64,000 nucleotides of DNA from Chrysomallon squamiferum (GCA_012295275.1 CM022667.1:15190001-15254000); one strand, 5' to 3'. Shown: positions 1 to 20,175, counted from the stretch's first letter. Notes: generated by a model not told the origin, from the letters alone. Numbers and translations are program-made.

Positions 1-131
1 CTGATTTATCAACATGTTTAAGCCGAAATGCGCATCCTGATAAATCAAAATCGTGCCTCTGGGTCAAATTATGTAAATAATGAACTTCCAAATAATATCA
101 CCTAATTCGAGTGGATTGTTATCTCGTCAAA

Positions 132-141
132 TCTCGCGAGA
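132..141. promoter_or_regulatory. TCTCGCGAGA palindrome (BANP/ZBTB33-type CpG promoter motif)
   Basis: Exact 10-bp palindrome in a locally CpG-rich stretch (~100-310) upstream of the TIR gene. Function is inferred from the vertebrate motif. Confidence 0.45.
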
Positions 142-242
142 TCCTCGCCACAATTCGTTTAGAAGCGTCTTAATGCTCCTCTTCAACTTTCGGAGAACTC
201 TTTTAATTTGGGAGAGAGCAATAACGACACGTACTACCACTT

Positions 243-258
243 TAGCGCCATCTAGTGG
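243..258 (-). promoter_or_regulatory. Candidate CTCF binding site
   Basis: Reverse complement reads CCACTAGATGGCGCTA, a close match to the bilaterian CTCF core consensus. Confidence 0.55.
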
Positions 259-2559
259 ACACTTCGCGGGGAAAGGCGTCACCTAAATTTGGCTTAATTT
301 GGCGCAATTCATTCAGTGTGCTGATTTAGAAAGGAAAAGAAACAAAATAAAGATGTGAATGAGAAACAGCAGACAGCAGTAAACTACATTAGCGTTATTT
401 TTTTTTTTCCGTTTGATTAATTTCTTTAATTCTTTCTTTTTTTTTTTTTCTTTCTTTTCTTCTTTTGTTTATCTGTCTTTATAATCTGTCCATCTTCATA
501 TCAAATCAGTGATTTTTGTATCTACGTTTTTTTAACAATTTTGTAAGTCTCTCTAAGTCTGTCCATTTGTCCCATGTATCTGTTTATCTGTCTCTGTGTT
601 TGTATGTCTGTCTATCTGTCTCTGTTACTGAGTCGAATAGTCAATCTTCATTTATCGATTATTATTTTTACTTCATATTTTTTTTTAAATCCTAGTTCTT
701 TTCCTTCTTTACTTTTATAATTCTTTTCTTTAACATAATATTTATCTGCCATTTCTTAATAACTGTCTTCTTTTTTATTTCTTTAGTTGTTTTTGTTTGT
801 TTGTTTGTGTGGGTTTTTTTTTTTTTTTTTTTTTTCTGCATCACAGTCTTCATCTTTCAAATAAGTCAACACATTCTTAGGCGAGAAGATGTTTAATAAA
901 GATATCAAAATTTAAATGAAAGTAGATGAAAGAGTAAAATGCTTTGGAAGATACAAAGCCTTCTTTAATTAAAGTAAGAATTAAAAAAAGAAAGAAAGAT
1001 AGTTAAAAAGAAACAGAAAATCAAATAACATGCACGAGCAAACGTTTCATCCGGATCAGCAGCTTTTTCTTCATTTATAGAACGTCACTGCAATTTCACT
1101 AAATTCAGCATCCCGTTGCATCAGTCGATTCTGATGTGTGGATAATTCTGGTGCCTTCCGACGTCAGCGACTACACAGACTTGACGAAATCTCCGTCTCA
1201 TAGTCAAATCAATCAAATTTTCTATCCTGGCAGGTTCATTTGTGGATGTTTGGATCATGCTGGCGCCTTGCATTATATATCGTAAAAAAAAAAAAAAAAA
1301 AAAAAAATCTTCTTACGATATGAAAAAAAAAAAATCTCTTAGCTGTTGTAATAGCTGTTGTTTTAGTAGTGATAGTAATAATAATAATTCTCTATGACGT
1401 CATAATCATGGGCGGCTTTAGTATAGTGTAAGGGCAGAGAGGATGGTATAGCCCTATTTTTACAATACCGATTTTCCCCTCCTTTTATTGAAATAGGTCA
1501 TTAAGAAGTCAGATGAATAATGTATTAAGCAATATACACTATAAAAATAACACCTGGATGAGAAACACTTTTTTATCGTTTGAACGTGTAACACACTACA
1601 AAATTTCCATTAACGTATGTAAAACGAAAAAGGAAAAAAATTATCAAGAAAAAGAGAGAGAGAAAAAAAAATGTATCGTTAACATTCAGTCTAAGACATG
1701 GTTTTCATTTACGTTTGGACTTTAACTGCATTGAGCACGTAAGATTGGAAAATTACATTAAAAGATTTATTTTCCAGCGTTTATCTTCTTATCTTGTTAA
1801 CTGAGAAAGTAATTAGATATGTAGTCGCGTTTTCCTTAAATAGCTAAATTTATTTTCTACAGTTACATCACACGAAATCAAAATGGTGATTACGTGTTTC
1901 GTCTGCTTCTTAATGCTTCCAGTCGTTCTTACATCCAGAAACGTCTTGGTTTCCGTTTGAGTGTGTGGTTGCTTGGTTCTTTTCTAATTCAGGTGATTTA
2001 AAATTAAATGAATTGCTTTCGTTGAGACTTTTTTCTCTAATTACTGCAATATTCAGTTACGCACGTATGATGCCGTATTTGGCTCTGTGACGTGATTTAC
2101 CGCGTCGACGTTTTACTTTTCAATGTCCGGTCTTCGCAGATTATTCCATGCCATTTCCTACCTGATTATACCATTCCATACCATATGATCCTTTCATGCC
2201 GCAATCTGTCACCTGACCTCATGTTATTCAATATACGTATTCATATAATGTTTAATGTTATGTTATACTAGACCAAACCAAAATAATATTCAAATTTACC
2301 AATGTAATATAACAAAAAAATATGTAACAATATTTTTATTTATTTAGAATTTTTTAATTTTAATTTTATCCTAAATAAGATGAAGTATGAATCATTGTCC
2401 ATAATTTTCTTCATCATCATCATCATTATCATCATCGCCATTATCATCGTCGTTGTCGTCGTCATTATTATTATTATTATTATTATTATTAGTAGTAGTA
2501 GTAGTAGTAGTATTACTATTACTATTATTATTATTATTATTATTATTATTTTCCTTCAG

Positions 2560-7459
<4,900 letters not shown>

Positions 7460-7663
7460 CAAGAAGAAATCTTTGAGTGATATTTTTTTTTTTTTTTTTT
7501 CGTGTGTCCAGATTGAGTTGTCACTGTAAAAAGCTTGTATGAGGACGTTGTTTTTAAAGATAAGGCGCGTTTTTAACGCCTTTCTCTTTTATTATTTGCT
7601 GAACAATGATTTTGCTTTATATTCGTTCATCCACACTAATATTGTTGTTGTTGTTGTTATTGC

Positions 7664-7695
<32 letters not shown>

Positions 7696-10505
7696 GATTG
7701 TTTTTCTTTTTTAATTTTTATTTTTCATAATAACGTTTGAAAATTACATCCACCACAACGATAGTGCCCCTTTGTTTCTGAAAAGTTCGATCCGTCCCTG
7801 CGTTATCCTGAAGAAGAAAGAACTTAGATCATTTCCATTTGTGTATATAGCAGTTTCTACCGGACGCGGACAGCACGTGGCTTAGTGGCAATCGCGTTTA
7901 ACTCTTCCGGATATCGTGCGGAAAGTGTGCGGATAATTTACAGCGTGTCCAGAAATAGTATTTCCTGTTTCAAAATATGACGTAATAAAAATATTTCGTA
8001 CATTTAATTAGCTTCAGCATAACTAGGGTCTGATTAATCTGCAAGATGATAGGACCGCTGCTTTAGGGTTCACTGTAATAAGGGGCTTCTCTAAAATTCA
8101 GTTCAGTTATTACACATCATACGGTTTCATTAGTTTTCCATTTTAGGGCCTCATCATATCTAAATCCTGTCCCCGACTACATGATTTATGTATACTAATC
8201 AATATCAGTGAATGTTTTTTTTATAATTATTATTATTATCTTTATTTATTTTTTATTTATTTATTTATTTGTTTCATCTGTCCTTGTGTCTGTTTTTCTG
8301 TCTGTCTCTCTCTCTGTCTCTGTGTATCGTCATCTTTTATTCTCTACTTCTCTAAAACAAAAACTCTTTCTCTCTTTCTCTTTCTCTGTCCTTCTCTTTA
8401 TTTTGAGGTCAGCTTTCTAGAGAATTGATTCATGGACAACGAAGTAGTAGAGACGATGAAACGATTGTGTTATGTTGTTCTGTAGTGTTCACGACTCTCT
8501 GGAAATATTTATGTGATAATGTCTTAAGGTGGTTTTTAGGAACAATTTCCAGGTAACATATTTAACATATTATTGTACACTACGAAGATGATTCTGACTA
8601 ATACATATACAACAAACATGATTCAGTTGGACATTTTCTAAGATCAGTGATGTTGAGATAGAAATCAAATAAAGAAATTTTAAAGTTTATATTACCGTTT
8701 TTCATACTCCTTTTGTTGTGAGTGCGTATGCCTGCGTATATATCTTGTGTGTGTATATATATATATAGATAGAGCGAGTCACCGAGAGAGAGACTGTAAT
8801 ACTAGCGTTCAAAATTATTATTATTATTATTATTATTATTAATTGATTTTACTGAGATAAAATATAGTGGAATTTGCATATGTATTATTACTTTACCTAC
8901 AAATACAAATAAATATTAAAATAATAATTGTGTACTGTTATTTATATATACTTTGTTTAACATGATCAGATTAATATGATCAGTTTAGTTTTACGGTTTA
9001 AATAGGAGCCGCTTTCTACGTATAAAATAAAAGAAAAGTAAAGAAACTGAAGTACAGAAAATCAACAACCAAAATAAAATAAAAACAGAAAGTAATAACA
9101 AGAAAAAGTAGTAAACAAGAACGAAAAATAAAATGAAGATAAATCAAAGAAAGAACAACGCCGTACAAGAAAAAAACCCCAGCAAACGTTCAAGTTAAAA
9201 ATTGTTTAAACGAAAGAACAATAATATCCTGTATTTTATGCCCGAGTTTTGTCCAGAAAACAGTGGAATACTAATGGCCAGTGACATAATTATGATTATC
9301 GCCATTCGGTTAATATGTTAATATGTCAAAATAATCAGTAATACCTAAACGAAACAACAGCAACAAAAACATTATTCTAAATATGGATACCTTTAGGCCT
9401 GGAAATGTCGATATTTTTTTGTCATCTAATACTTTTAACAGTGCAACATCAATAACATTACCAGATTAAATATCTATACTAGTCAAAGCAAAGTAAGGGA
9501 AGATAAGAATTTCCACCCTCTTCTTTGAAATTCGAAAAAGAAAAAGAAATTCTTAACACAAGATAACGATTAGGTGTGTGCCCAAAGCTTTAAATGTTTT
9601 AACAACAAAGACATAGGAAATGATTAATTCGAGGTGACGAAGCGTCTGACCTAAAGTGAAGACTGACATTAAATAACGAGGATGTATCCAATCGAAAACT
9701 GACATGCTATCTACAAGGGTACAAACGAGGATAACAATGCTATAATAACCAAACTGAATTCTTGTAGGATTGAATGATGATATAGCTGACAGATAATTAG
9801 CGAGCTTTCTGAAAATGATCCGCTGAATAGTAAATGCTAGCGAGAGCTACAGCTGAATTCAAGAACGATACACCATAAAAAAAACAACAAAAAAACAACA
9901 ACAACAACATTAGTGGAATCTAGGATATTAGTTGAGGGACATAGCGTATCTATTCTAAACGCAACCATCCCCTAACCAGTTGTGTGCAGTATAGTTTATA
10001 GCTACCTCTGTCAATGACGACTGCAAAAATACAATAGAAATTAACGAACTATTGATAAAGATCATTCAGACAATATAAACTTAATTTGTTATACAAAAGC
10101 CTATCCCATAATACTGTGGTACTTCCTGATACAAACAAAAACAAAAACATGAAGAAATAGGTTTAGAAATCATTATTTCTTTTTTAAGAATTCTATTCCG
10201 TTCGTCTCTTTGCATAGATTTATTGCATGATTAGAAAATTCGCCACAATACAAAATCGATGAAGAGCTGCTTGAACAGAATAAAATCAGATGAAATTTGT
10301 TTTTATTCAGTTAATATTACCGGACGTTTTAACGTATCGTTTCAGACAGACCTCATGCAAGAAATTATTAACTTACGAAGTATTTTACGAACTGAATTAG
10401 ATTAAATCTCTTTTGACATTTCTTTAATTCTCAATTAATTAGATTTAGAAAACTGTTGAATCATAAGTTTCACTTATTTATATATATTTTAATTTATTTG
10501 ACATC

Positions 10506-11331
10506 ATGATTTTTATTGTCGTGGTAAAACAGTTAATTCCGTTCTTGTTCCTACGTCTGGATCTCGTTTCAGCACAGATCAGCTGTGGCATTGTTGAAAT
10601 GAAAAATGAAAATAACACAGAAGAAATGTTTATGAGGAAATTACGTCATGTATATCACACTTCAAATAAGTCGAGGTTAATGTGTGCTCAGTTATGTTTT
10701 AGTGATCAAAGATGTAACGGGATTGTCACGTGTTCAGGTGTCTGTCATCTGTTTGGAGTTTTCAGTGAAGTCGAAGAACCAAATGTTAACGCAAATCCCA
10801 CGTCTTGTGACGTTTTCGTTATTGTAAGTATTATGCTTTCTGAATTATGATGCTGAACGTTACACATGTAGATGTATGTGAATGTCATAAACAAATATAT
10901 ACATATATTCACATTCACTCTCATGTATGTATGTAGATAGATAAATATATTCTAGAGAGTAATAGATTCTTATATTTTATCTTGCTATCACTGTGTATAG
11001 AGGCAAGATATTATGACTAGATACATTTCTATGCATATAATCTTCAAAGGTACTGTTGGTTTAGATCTTGTAAGATCATTTTGAAACGGTTTTATGTAAT
11101 TTTTTAAATTTGTTTTTTGTTTTTTAGGTTTTGTTTTTTAATTTTTATGATCCATTTTTTTTAGATAAACAGTTTTATATGAGAAAATAAAATCAGTACA
11201 CTTGAATCTGTTACTCTTGAGAACTGATCATTTGTTTTCCCCTTTTATTTAGGATTAAAAGAAATGATTGGTTACTTTGTTGAAATAAAAGCTTTATCCC
11301 GCTGATACCTTAAGATAGTAAACAGTTACCA

Positions 11332-11396
<65 letters not shown>

Positions 11397-13302
11397 CTGT
11401 TTTGCAACCACCTGAATATGTTATATATGACAACCAACTTAAATTAATAAAGTGCATTTTTAAAGTCACTGTAGTAACCATGACTGTTATTTTGACATAT
11501 TCGACACAGGGTATGGATATGTTTTCTTCATAAACGATTATATTATGACTTTCGATAATAAGCTCTGAAAAATTATACATACGTTTTAAAATGTTATTGT
11601 CATTAATATAACAAAAATCAGAATGTGATTATTTCCAGCATATACTTCATTATCTCTTCTGTTTCAGAATCGATGCGAGAACAACGGTTCTCCAGATGAA
11701 AATGGATACTGTATCTGTTCTCGAAATTACGGCGGTCCGTTCTGCGAAACCATTGTAGACGGTAAGGTATTTTTAATTATCAAAATAATTTTGCCATTGA
11801 ATAGTAAACATTTCTCAGTAAAAGTTATTGTAAAAAACTCATATTTGATAATATATAACAATTGAAAATATTTTGTTATTGTAATTACAGATTCTTGCTA
11901 CAGCGAGTGGCGTATGATTCATGATAACGATGTCGGCAAAACATTGGATAATCTGAAATCTGAATTTAAGAAATCGTGTACACCAAAGTTAAAATTTATA
12001 ACTTCAGGCGGTACGGTGGAAACAGTTGATAGAGCTAAAGTAAATAAGGACAACCTTTATGCGCAGTCTGTATTTTACATCGCGAAATCTTCTTGGAACA
12101 CTTTTCATATCAATCCTTACAGAATTTTTAAAAACACTGGGCAGGCTAAATATCAGCACACAGTGGCAGTAGGGATAGCTGGCCCAAGATTATGGAAAAA
12201 TGATACAGAAATCAAGGCAAAGTGGTACATCAAACACTTCTCAAGTAGGACACCTGTATTCAAAAACGATAAAAATGGAAACGTGGTATCAGGAGATTTC
12301 AATTCGCTGGTTTCTAAGATAGAACACGGATCGTCTATAACGTCTTCTCAGGGCGTCTTTGTTAACCGCGATGACGGGAAGATATCTGCGGATGTTATCG
12401 GTGAACTGGGACAGTCTCGTTCGTCTACGTATATGTCATTTATCTATCCTCTTTACTGGTTTATTACAAGAAATACTACTACTGGTTACAGGTACATTCT
12501 TCGATGGCGTGTTATTGAAGGAAATTTCAAGTCAGACGACAATAAAACCACCACTATTTCCTGGTGCACTGATGATTGTTGGGTTAAACTGCTAACAACT
12601 AAAGGGGATGATACAAATGCTACTAATTCAGTCCATACTTTAACTCGGGCATTACTTAGTGGTCATCGACTCCGAGTATTCATAGCCGGTTTGTCTGTGA
12701 GCACGAAGGGAGTATATATCTATGACCATAAAGTGAGTGCGTGTTTGGAAGATGTTTTGGAACCTGTAGCTGTGGCTTCTTTTCATTCATCTGGGTCGAC
12801 ACAGAGAAATATGATATTTTCAAATGGTCACATTCTAAATCGAAGGTACATCTTAGAAACAGGGAACATTATAGAAGATGTTCAAGAACAAAAACAGATA
12901 GACTGGTTTGTGGACACACGTGAATGGATCAAAGTTCTGTGTGTAAAATATGGTGGAGAGATACAGAGTGGATCAGTCACAAAACTGAGAGAGATGGTTC
13001 TGAAAGGTGCTTCTGTCCGTGTTGTTGTTGAGTATCCTAACGGAGAGTTTGAAATTGTCGACGTCGATCATCTGGATGTTTCTGACAACGTCCACATTGC
13101 AGGGGATATTATTTACCACGCCAACATTCAGTCTGATGAAAACTACGGCAGATCTTTTGTAAATGAAACATCTTACCAGCTGTGGTCTGGAATCATAACA
13201 ACAGAAGGTGACTTTCGAAAGTTTTATTACACGTACAAGAAAAGTGGAGGCAAACATGAAAATGTAACACATGATAGATCTACCTGGTTTGTTCAGATGT
13301 AA
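10506..13302 (+). CDS. Secreted PAN/Apple-EGF-4x-repeat protein, subfamily A copy 1; exons 10506-10823, 11668-11761, 11891-13302 (607 aa)
   Basis: Signal-like N-terminus [26 protein letters not shown] cysteine pattern [26 protein letters not shown] exon [27 protein letters not shown]. Canonical GT-AG sites, phases 0 and 1. Long open final exon ending WFVQM. Confidence 0.9.
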
Positions 13303-14623
13303 AACATTTTAGCTCGTTCGTTGTCATGTAATATGTTTTGTGAAAATTAATCTGTTCTGAATTAATTATGTTCAGTCAATGTGAATAAGAAAAACAGTAG
13401 GTAGGCTACTTTTTCTGTGCTTGTTTTGTCATCTTCTCATATATTATTTACTTCACTATGAACATTAAATAGTTTTGTAATTTCTATATTGTTAACAATC
13501 ATAATTTTGATTAAGACGATTTCACTGGATGAGAGCGTCTAATTTTTATATCCTGAGATTTGTTCTAAATAAAAATAGAAATTTAAGCTGAATAAAAAAT
13601 AATAATAATCATAATAATGACGGAACAAAATTTAAATGTGGATGAAGTTAGTAATGTATATAATGCCTTATTATATACATTATCCAACATAATTTAAGAA
13701 AATTGTATATTAACTGTTTTTATAGTTTGACTGTTGGTTTGCTTTTTGTTTGTTTGTTTGCTGTTTTTGTTGTTTGTTTTTGAAATGATTTTGTTGCAAA
13801 ATAAAATATTTTTTTGCTATGTATTTCCAATTGTAAGTTGTTAATCAGAACTAGGAGACCAAGAATAATATTTTAGAACAATTTATCTTGGAAGTGTATG
13901 TCGGTAAGTATATGTGCGTATATACATAGACTTACATATTATAATATTGAAAAGTGTTGTTAATTAAAATCTTTACTGTTCATTAATTGTTTCTTTTTGT
14001 TGTCATCGATTGTTTTTTGTTACTGTTGTTGTGTCATATTCTTATGCTAATCTTGATTTTTTCTAGTATTATTTATTATCATACCAGTAAATATTTGATT
14101 TTGAAAATGCTGTCGTTATGCAGTAAACATCTGATACAGAAAATGCTCTCATGATATCTGTTTTATGTTTCCTTCGATTATTTCAGAGTCTGTGTTCAAT
14201 TTGATTATACATAAATAAAAGTTATAAAAAGTTTATGTTCGTTATTTATTTTTTTATTTAGTTTTCTTCTTTATTTTTTTTTTTCTTCCTTTCTCTGTCT
14301 TGGTATTTATTTTTCAATTTGAACCAAGTTATGAGCCATTTGTCACGTAAATCTAAACTTAACTAATGTTTAAATAGTTGTAGATCGCCACTGAGTAAGT
14401 CACTATTTTATTATTCTCGTGTGAACTGAAAATCAGTAGTCTTCGTTTAAAAGGAAAATAATTCCAGGTACTAACAAACAGTTAAAGCGGACCATTCTCT
14501 ACAGAAGTAAGTATCGTTTAGATCACGTTTCAAAATCTATTTTAAAATATCAGTTCTGTTTCTTGTATAATTTTCAGGTTTTTTTTTTTTTTTTTTTTTT
14601 TTACTGTTTGCTGCCTACATCTT

Positions 14624-14665
14624 CTCACAGCAAGGGAGATAACTTTAACGGATCCTTGAAAACAA
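14624..14665 (+). pseudogene. Duplicated fragment of the TIR-TMEM268-like exon end and U12 donor
   Basis: 41/42 identity to 6145-6186; the single change converts the GT donor to GG. Confidence 0.85.
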
Positions 14666-14787
14666 AACAGTGTTTATTATTGTTCTTTGTTTCTTGTCTT
14701 TTTACTTAATTTTGATTCGTATGTTTGTTTATTTATTTTATTTTATTTTATTTTATTTTATTTTCATTAATTCGAAAGTGCTCCACG

Positions 14788-14914
14788 TTTAGTCCGTACT
14801 TTGCAGCAAACCACAGGCTCTAGAATTCAATCTCAAACTGTGCGTTACCGAATACATGCCGCTGGATTACAATCACTTCGCCCTATTGTAGCTGTTCCCC
14901 TGACAACGCGTCAC
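14788..14914 (+). mobile_element. Tc1/mariner transposase N-terminal (HTH) remnant
   Basis: Translates to LVRTLQQTTGSRIQSQTVRYRIHAAGLQSLRPIVAVPLTTRH, the typical Tc1 TVRxRLHxxGLxxRRP..PLT.RH motif. Confidence 0.8.
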
Positions 14915-15008
14915 ATTCTGTCCGTTTTTCTCTCCATCTGTCTCTATGTTCTCTTTCTTTGTCTCTCTCTATCCTTACCTCTTATTTTCTACTTCGTTAA
15001 AACAAAAC

Positions 15009-15179
<171 letters not shown>

Positions 15180-15595
15180 TTTGAGGTCAGCTTTCTAGAG
15201 AATTAATTAGTAAAGACGAATGAAATTTTAGTGCTATGTCTCTCTGGAAATATTTCTGTGATAATGTCTTAAGATGGTTTTTAGGAACAATTTCCAGGTA
15301 ACGCATTTAATATCTTATTGTACACTACGGAGATGATTCACCACTGTGACTAATACATTTACAACAAATATGATTCAGTTGGACAATTTCTAAGATCAGT
15401 GATGTTGTGATAGAAATCAAATCAAGAAATATTAATGTTTATGTTACCTATTTTCATTCTGTTTTTCTTGTGTGTGCGTGTGTGTATCCGGGCACACGTG
15501 TGTGTGTGTGTATGTGTATTGTGTCTCATCAACATGGAGAGACTGTAAGTTAAAGACAGAAACTGGCAGTTTTCTTTGTAAAATTAGCCTTTAAA

Positions 15596-15640
<45 letters not shown>

Positions 15641-17322
15641 TGATTTTACTGAGATCAAATATAGTGGAATTTGCATATGTATTATTACTTTACCTACAAA
15701 TACAAATAAATATTAAAATAATAATTGTGTACTGTTATTTATATATATACTTTGTTTAACATGATTAGATTAATATGATCAGTTTATTTGACGGTTTAAA
15801 TATGAGCCGCTTTCTACGTATAAAATAGAAGAAAAGAAAAGAAATTGAAGTACAGAAAATCAATAGCCAAAATAAAACAAAGACAGAAAGTAATAAAAAG
15901 AAAAAGTACTCAACAAGAACGAAAAATAAAATGAATAGAAATCAAAGAAAAAACAACGCCGTACAAGAAAAAAAACCCGCAAACGTTCAAGTTAAAAATT
16001 GTTTAAACGAAAGAACAATAATACCCTGTATTTTATGCCGGAGTTTTGTTCAGAAATCAGTGGAATACTAATTGCCAGTGACGTAATTATGGTTATCTCC
16101 ATTCTGTTAATATGTTAATATGTCAAAATAATCAGTAATATCTAAACGAAACAACAGCAACAAAAACATTATTCTAAATTTGGATACCTTTAGGCCTGGA
16201 AATTTCGATATTTTTTGTCATCTAATACTTTTAACGATGTAACATCAATAACATTACCAGATTAAATATCTACACTAGTCAAAGCAAAATAAGGGAAGAT
16301 ATGAATTTCCATTCTCTTCTTTGAAATTCGAAAAGGAAAAAGAAATTCTTAATACAATTTAAAAGTGTGCCCAAAGCTTTAAATGTTCTAACAACAAAGA
16401 CAAAGGAAATCTTTCAGACACTCTAATGTTAATACTGATAATGATTAATTCGAGGTGACGAAGCGTCTGACCTAACGTGAAGACTGACATTAAATAACGA
16501 GGATGTATCCAATCGAAAACTGACACGCTATCTACAAGGGTACAAAGGAGGATAACAATGCTATAATAACCAAACTGAATTCCTGTAGGACTGAATGATG
16601 ATATAGCTGACTGATAATTAGCGAGCTTTCTGAAAATGATCCGCTAGATAGTAAATGCTAGCGGGAGCTACAGCTGAATTCAAGAACGATACACTATAAA
16701 AAAACAACCCCCCCCCACAACATTAGTGGAGTCTAGAATATTGGTTGAGGGATATAGCATATCCATTCTAAACGCAACCATCCCCTAACCAGTTGTGTGC
16801 AGTATAGCTTGTGGCTACCTCTGTCAATAACGACTGCAAAAATACAATAGAAATTAACCAACTATTGACAAAGATCATTCAGACAATAAAAACTTAATTT
16901 GTTATACAAAAGCCTATCCCATAAACCTGTGGTACTTCCTGATAAAAACAAAAACGTGAAGAAATAGGTTTAGAAATCATTATTCCTTTTTAAGAATTCT
17001 ATTCCGTTCGTCTTTTTGCATAGATTTATTGCATGATTAGAAAATTCGCCACAATACAAAATCGATGAAGAGCTGCTTGAACAGAATAAAATCAGATGAA
17101 ATTTGTTTTTATTCAGTTAATATCACCGGACGTTTTAACGTATCGTTTCAGACAGACCTCATGCAAGAAATTATTAACTCACGAAGTATTTTACGAACTG
17201 AATTAGATTAAATCTCTTTTGACATTTCTTTAATTCTCAATTAATTAGATTAGTTCATGATTTAGAAAACTACTGAATCATAAGTTTCACTTATTTGTAT
17301 ATATTTTAATTTATTTGACATC

Positions 17323-17758
17323 ATGATTTTTATTGTCGTGGTAAAACAGTTAATTCCGTTCTTCTTTCTAAGTCTGGATCTGGTTTCAGCACAGATCAGC
17401 TGTGGCATTGCTGAAATGAAAAAGGAAAATAACACAGAAGAAATGTTTATGAGAAAATTACGTCATGTATATCACACTTCAAATAAGTCGAGGTTAATGT
17501 GTGCTCAGTTATGTTTTAGTGATCAAAGATGTAACGGGATTGTCACGTGTTCAGGTGTTTGTCATCTGTTTGGAGTTTTCAGTGAAGTCGAAGAACCAAA
17601 TGTTAACGCAAATCCCATGTCTTGTGACGTTTTCGTTATTGTAAGTATTATGCTTTCTGAATTATGATGCTGAACGTTACACATGTAGATGTATGTGAAT
17701 GTCATAAACAAATATATACATATATTCACATTCACTCTCATGTATGTATGTATGTATG

Positions 17759-17808
<50 letters not shown>

Positions 17809-18193
17809 GATAGATAAATATATTCTAGAGAGTAATAGATTCTTATATTTTATCTTGCTAACACTGTGTATAGAGGCAAGATATTATGACTAGATACATT
17901 TCTATGCATATAATCTTCAAAGGTACTGTTGGTTTAGATCTTGTAAGACCATTTTGAAACGGTTTTATGTATTTTTTATTTTACTTGTTTATTTATTTTT
18001 TTATCTTTATGATCTATTTTGTTTAGATAAACAGTTTTGTATGAGAAAATAAAATCAGTACACTTGAATCTGTTACTCTTGAGAACTGATCATTTACTTT
18101 CCCCTTTTATTTAGGATTAAAAGAAATTACTGGTTACTTTGTTGAAATAAAAGCTTTATCCGGCCGATACCTTAAGACAGTAAGCAGTTATCA

Positions 18194-18252
<59 letters not shown>

Positions 18253-20175
18253 CTGTTTTGCAACCACCAGAATATGACATATATGACCACCAACTTAAAT
18301 TAATAAAGTGCATTTTTAAAGTCACTGTAGTAACCATGACTGTTATTTTGACATATCCGACACAGGGTATGGATATGTTTTCTTCATAAACGATTATATT
18401 ATGACTTTCGATAATAAACTCTGAAAAATCATACATACGTTTTAAAATGTTATTGTCATTAATATAACAAAAATCAGAATGTGATTATTTCCAGCATATA
18501 ATTATACTTCATTATCTCTTCTGTTTCAGAATCGATGCGAGAACAACGGTTCTCCAGATGAAAATGGATACTGTATCTGTTCTCGAAATTACGGCGGTCC
18601 GTTCTGCGAAACCATTGTAGACGGTAAGGTATTTTTAATTATCAAAATAATTTTGGCAGTGAATAGTAAACATTTCTCAATAAAAGTTAATGTAAAAAAG
18701 TCACACTTTGCTTATGTTTGATAATATATAACAATTGAAAATATTTTATTATTGTAATTACAGATTCTTGCTACAGCGAGTGGCGTATGATTCATGATAA
18801 CGATGTCAGCAAAACATTTGATAATCTGAAATCTGAATTTAAGAAATCGTGTACACCAAAGTTAAAATTTATAACTTCAGGCGGTACGGTGGAAACAGTT
18901 GATAGAGCTAAAGTAAACAGTGACAACCTTTGTGCGCAGTCTGTATTTTACATCGCTAAATCTTCTTGGAACACTTTTGATGTCAATCCTTACAGAATTT
19001 TTAAAAACACTGGTCGCGCTAAATATCAGTACACAGTCACATTCGAGATCGCTGGCCCAAAAATTTGGGAAAACGAAACAGAAATCAAGGCAAAGTGGTA
19101 CATCAAACACTTCTCAAGTGGGACATCTGTAATCGAAAACGATAAAAATGGAAACGTTGTATCAGGAGATTTCAATTCGCTGGTTTCTAAGATAGAACAT
19201 GGATCGTCTGTGACGTCTTCTCAAGGCGTCTTTGTTAACCGCGATGACGGGAAGATATCTGCGGATGTTTTCGGTGAACTGGGACAGTCAGTTTCATCTA
19301 CTTATATGTCATTTAAGTATCCTCCTTACTTGTACATTACAAGAAAAACTACCACTGGTTACAAGTACGTTCTTCGATGGCGTCTTATTGAAGGAACTGT
19401 ATTCTCAAAAACGAGTCAAAGTGCCACTATTTCTTGGTGCACTGATGATTGTTGGGTTAAACTGCTAACAACTAAAGGGGATGATACAAATGCTACTAAT
19501 TCAGTCCATACTTTAGCTCGCGCTTTACTTAGTGGTCATCGACTCCGAGTATTCATAGCCGGTTTGTCTGTGAGCACGAAGGGAGTATATATCTATGACC
19601 ATAAAGTGAGTGCGTGTTTGGAAGATGTTTTGGAACCTGTAGCTGTGGCTTCTTTTACTTCATCTGGGTCGACACAGAGAAATATGATAATTTCAAATGG
19701 TCTCATTCTAAATCGAAGGTACATTTTAGAAACAGGGAAAATAATAGACGATGTTGAAGAACAAAAACAGATAGACTGGTTTGTGGACACACGTGAATGG
19801 ATCAAAGTGTTGTGTGTAAAATATGGTGGAGAGATACAGAGTGGATCAGTCACAAATCTGAGAGAAATGGTTCTGAAAGGTGTCTCCGTCCGTGTTGTCA
19901 TCGAATATCCTAACAGACTATTTGAAATTGTCGACATCGATCATCTGGATGTTTCTGACAACGTCCACATTGCGGGGGATATTATTTACCACGCCAACAT
20001 TCAGTCTGATGAAAACTACGGCAGATCTTTTGTAAATGAAACATCTTACCAGCTGTGGTCTGGAATCTTAACAACAGAAGGTGACTTTCGAAAGTTTTAT
20101 TACACGTACAAGAAAAGTGGAGGCAAACACGAAAATGTAACACATGATAGATCTACCTGGTTTGTTCAGATGTAA
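17323..20175 (+). CDS. Secreted PAN/Apple-EGF-4x-repeat protein, subfamily A copy 2; exons 17323-17640, 18530-18623, 18764-20175 (607 aa)
   Basis: Same exon sizes (318/94/1412) and splice sites as copy 1; part of a ~6.85-kb tandem duplication. Confidence 0.9.

Noticed and set aside
1081-1992. Candidate first coding exons of the TIR gene (1081-1233, 1863-1992)
   Set aside because: Splice-like ends are present, but I found no ATG-initiated open frame ending in phase 1; they may be UTR exons.
9600-10120. Coding-like stretch upstream of A genes (also ~16440-16900, ~25170-25620), possibly old retroelement
   Set aside because: No convincing protein motif in any frame I could read.
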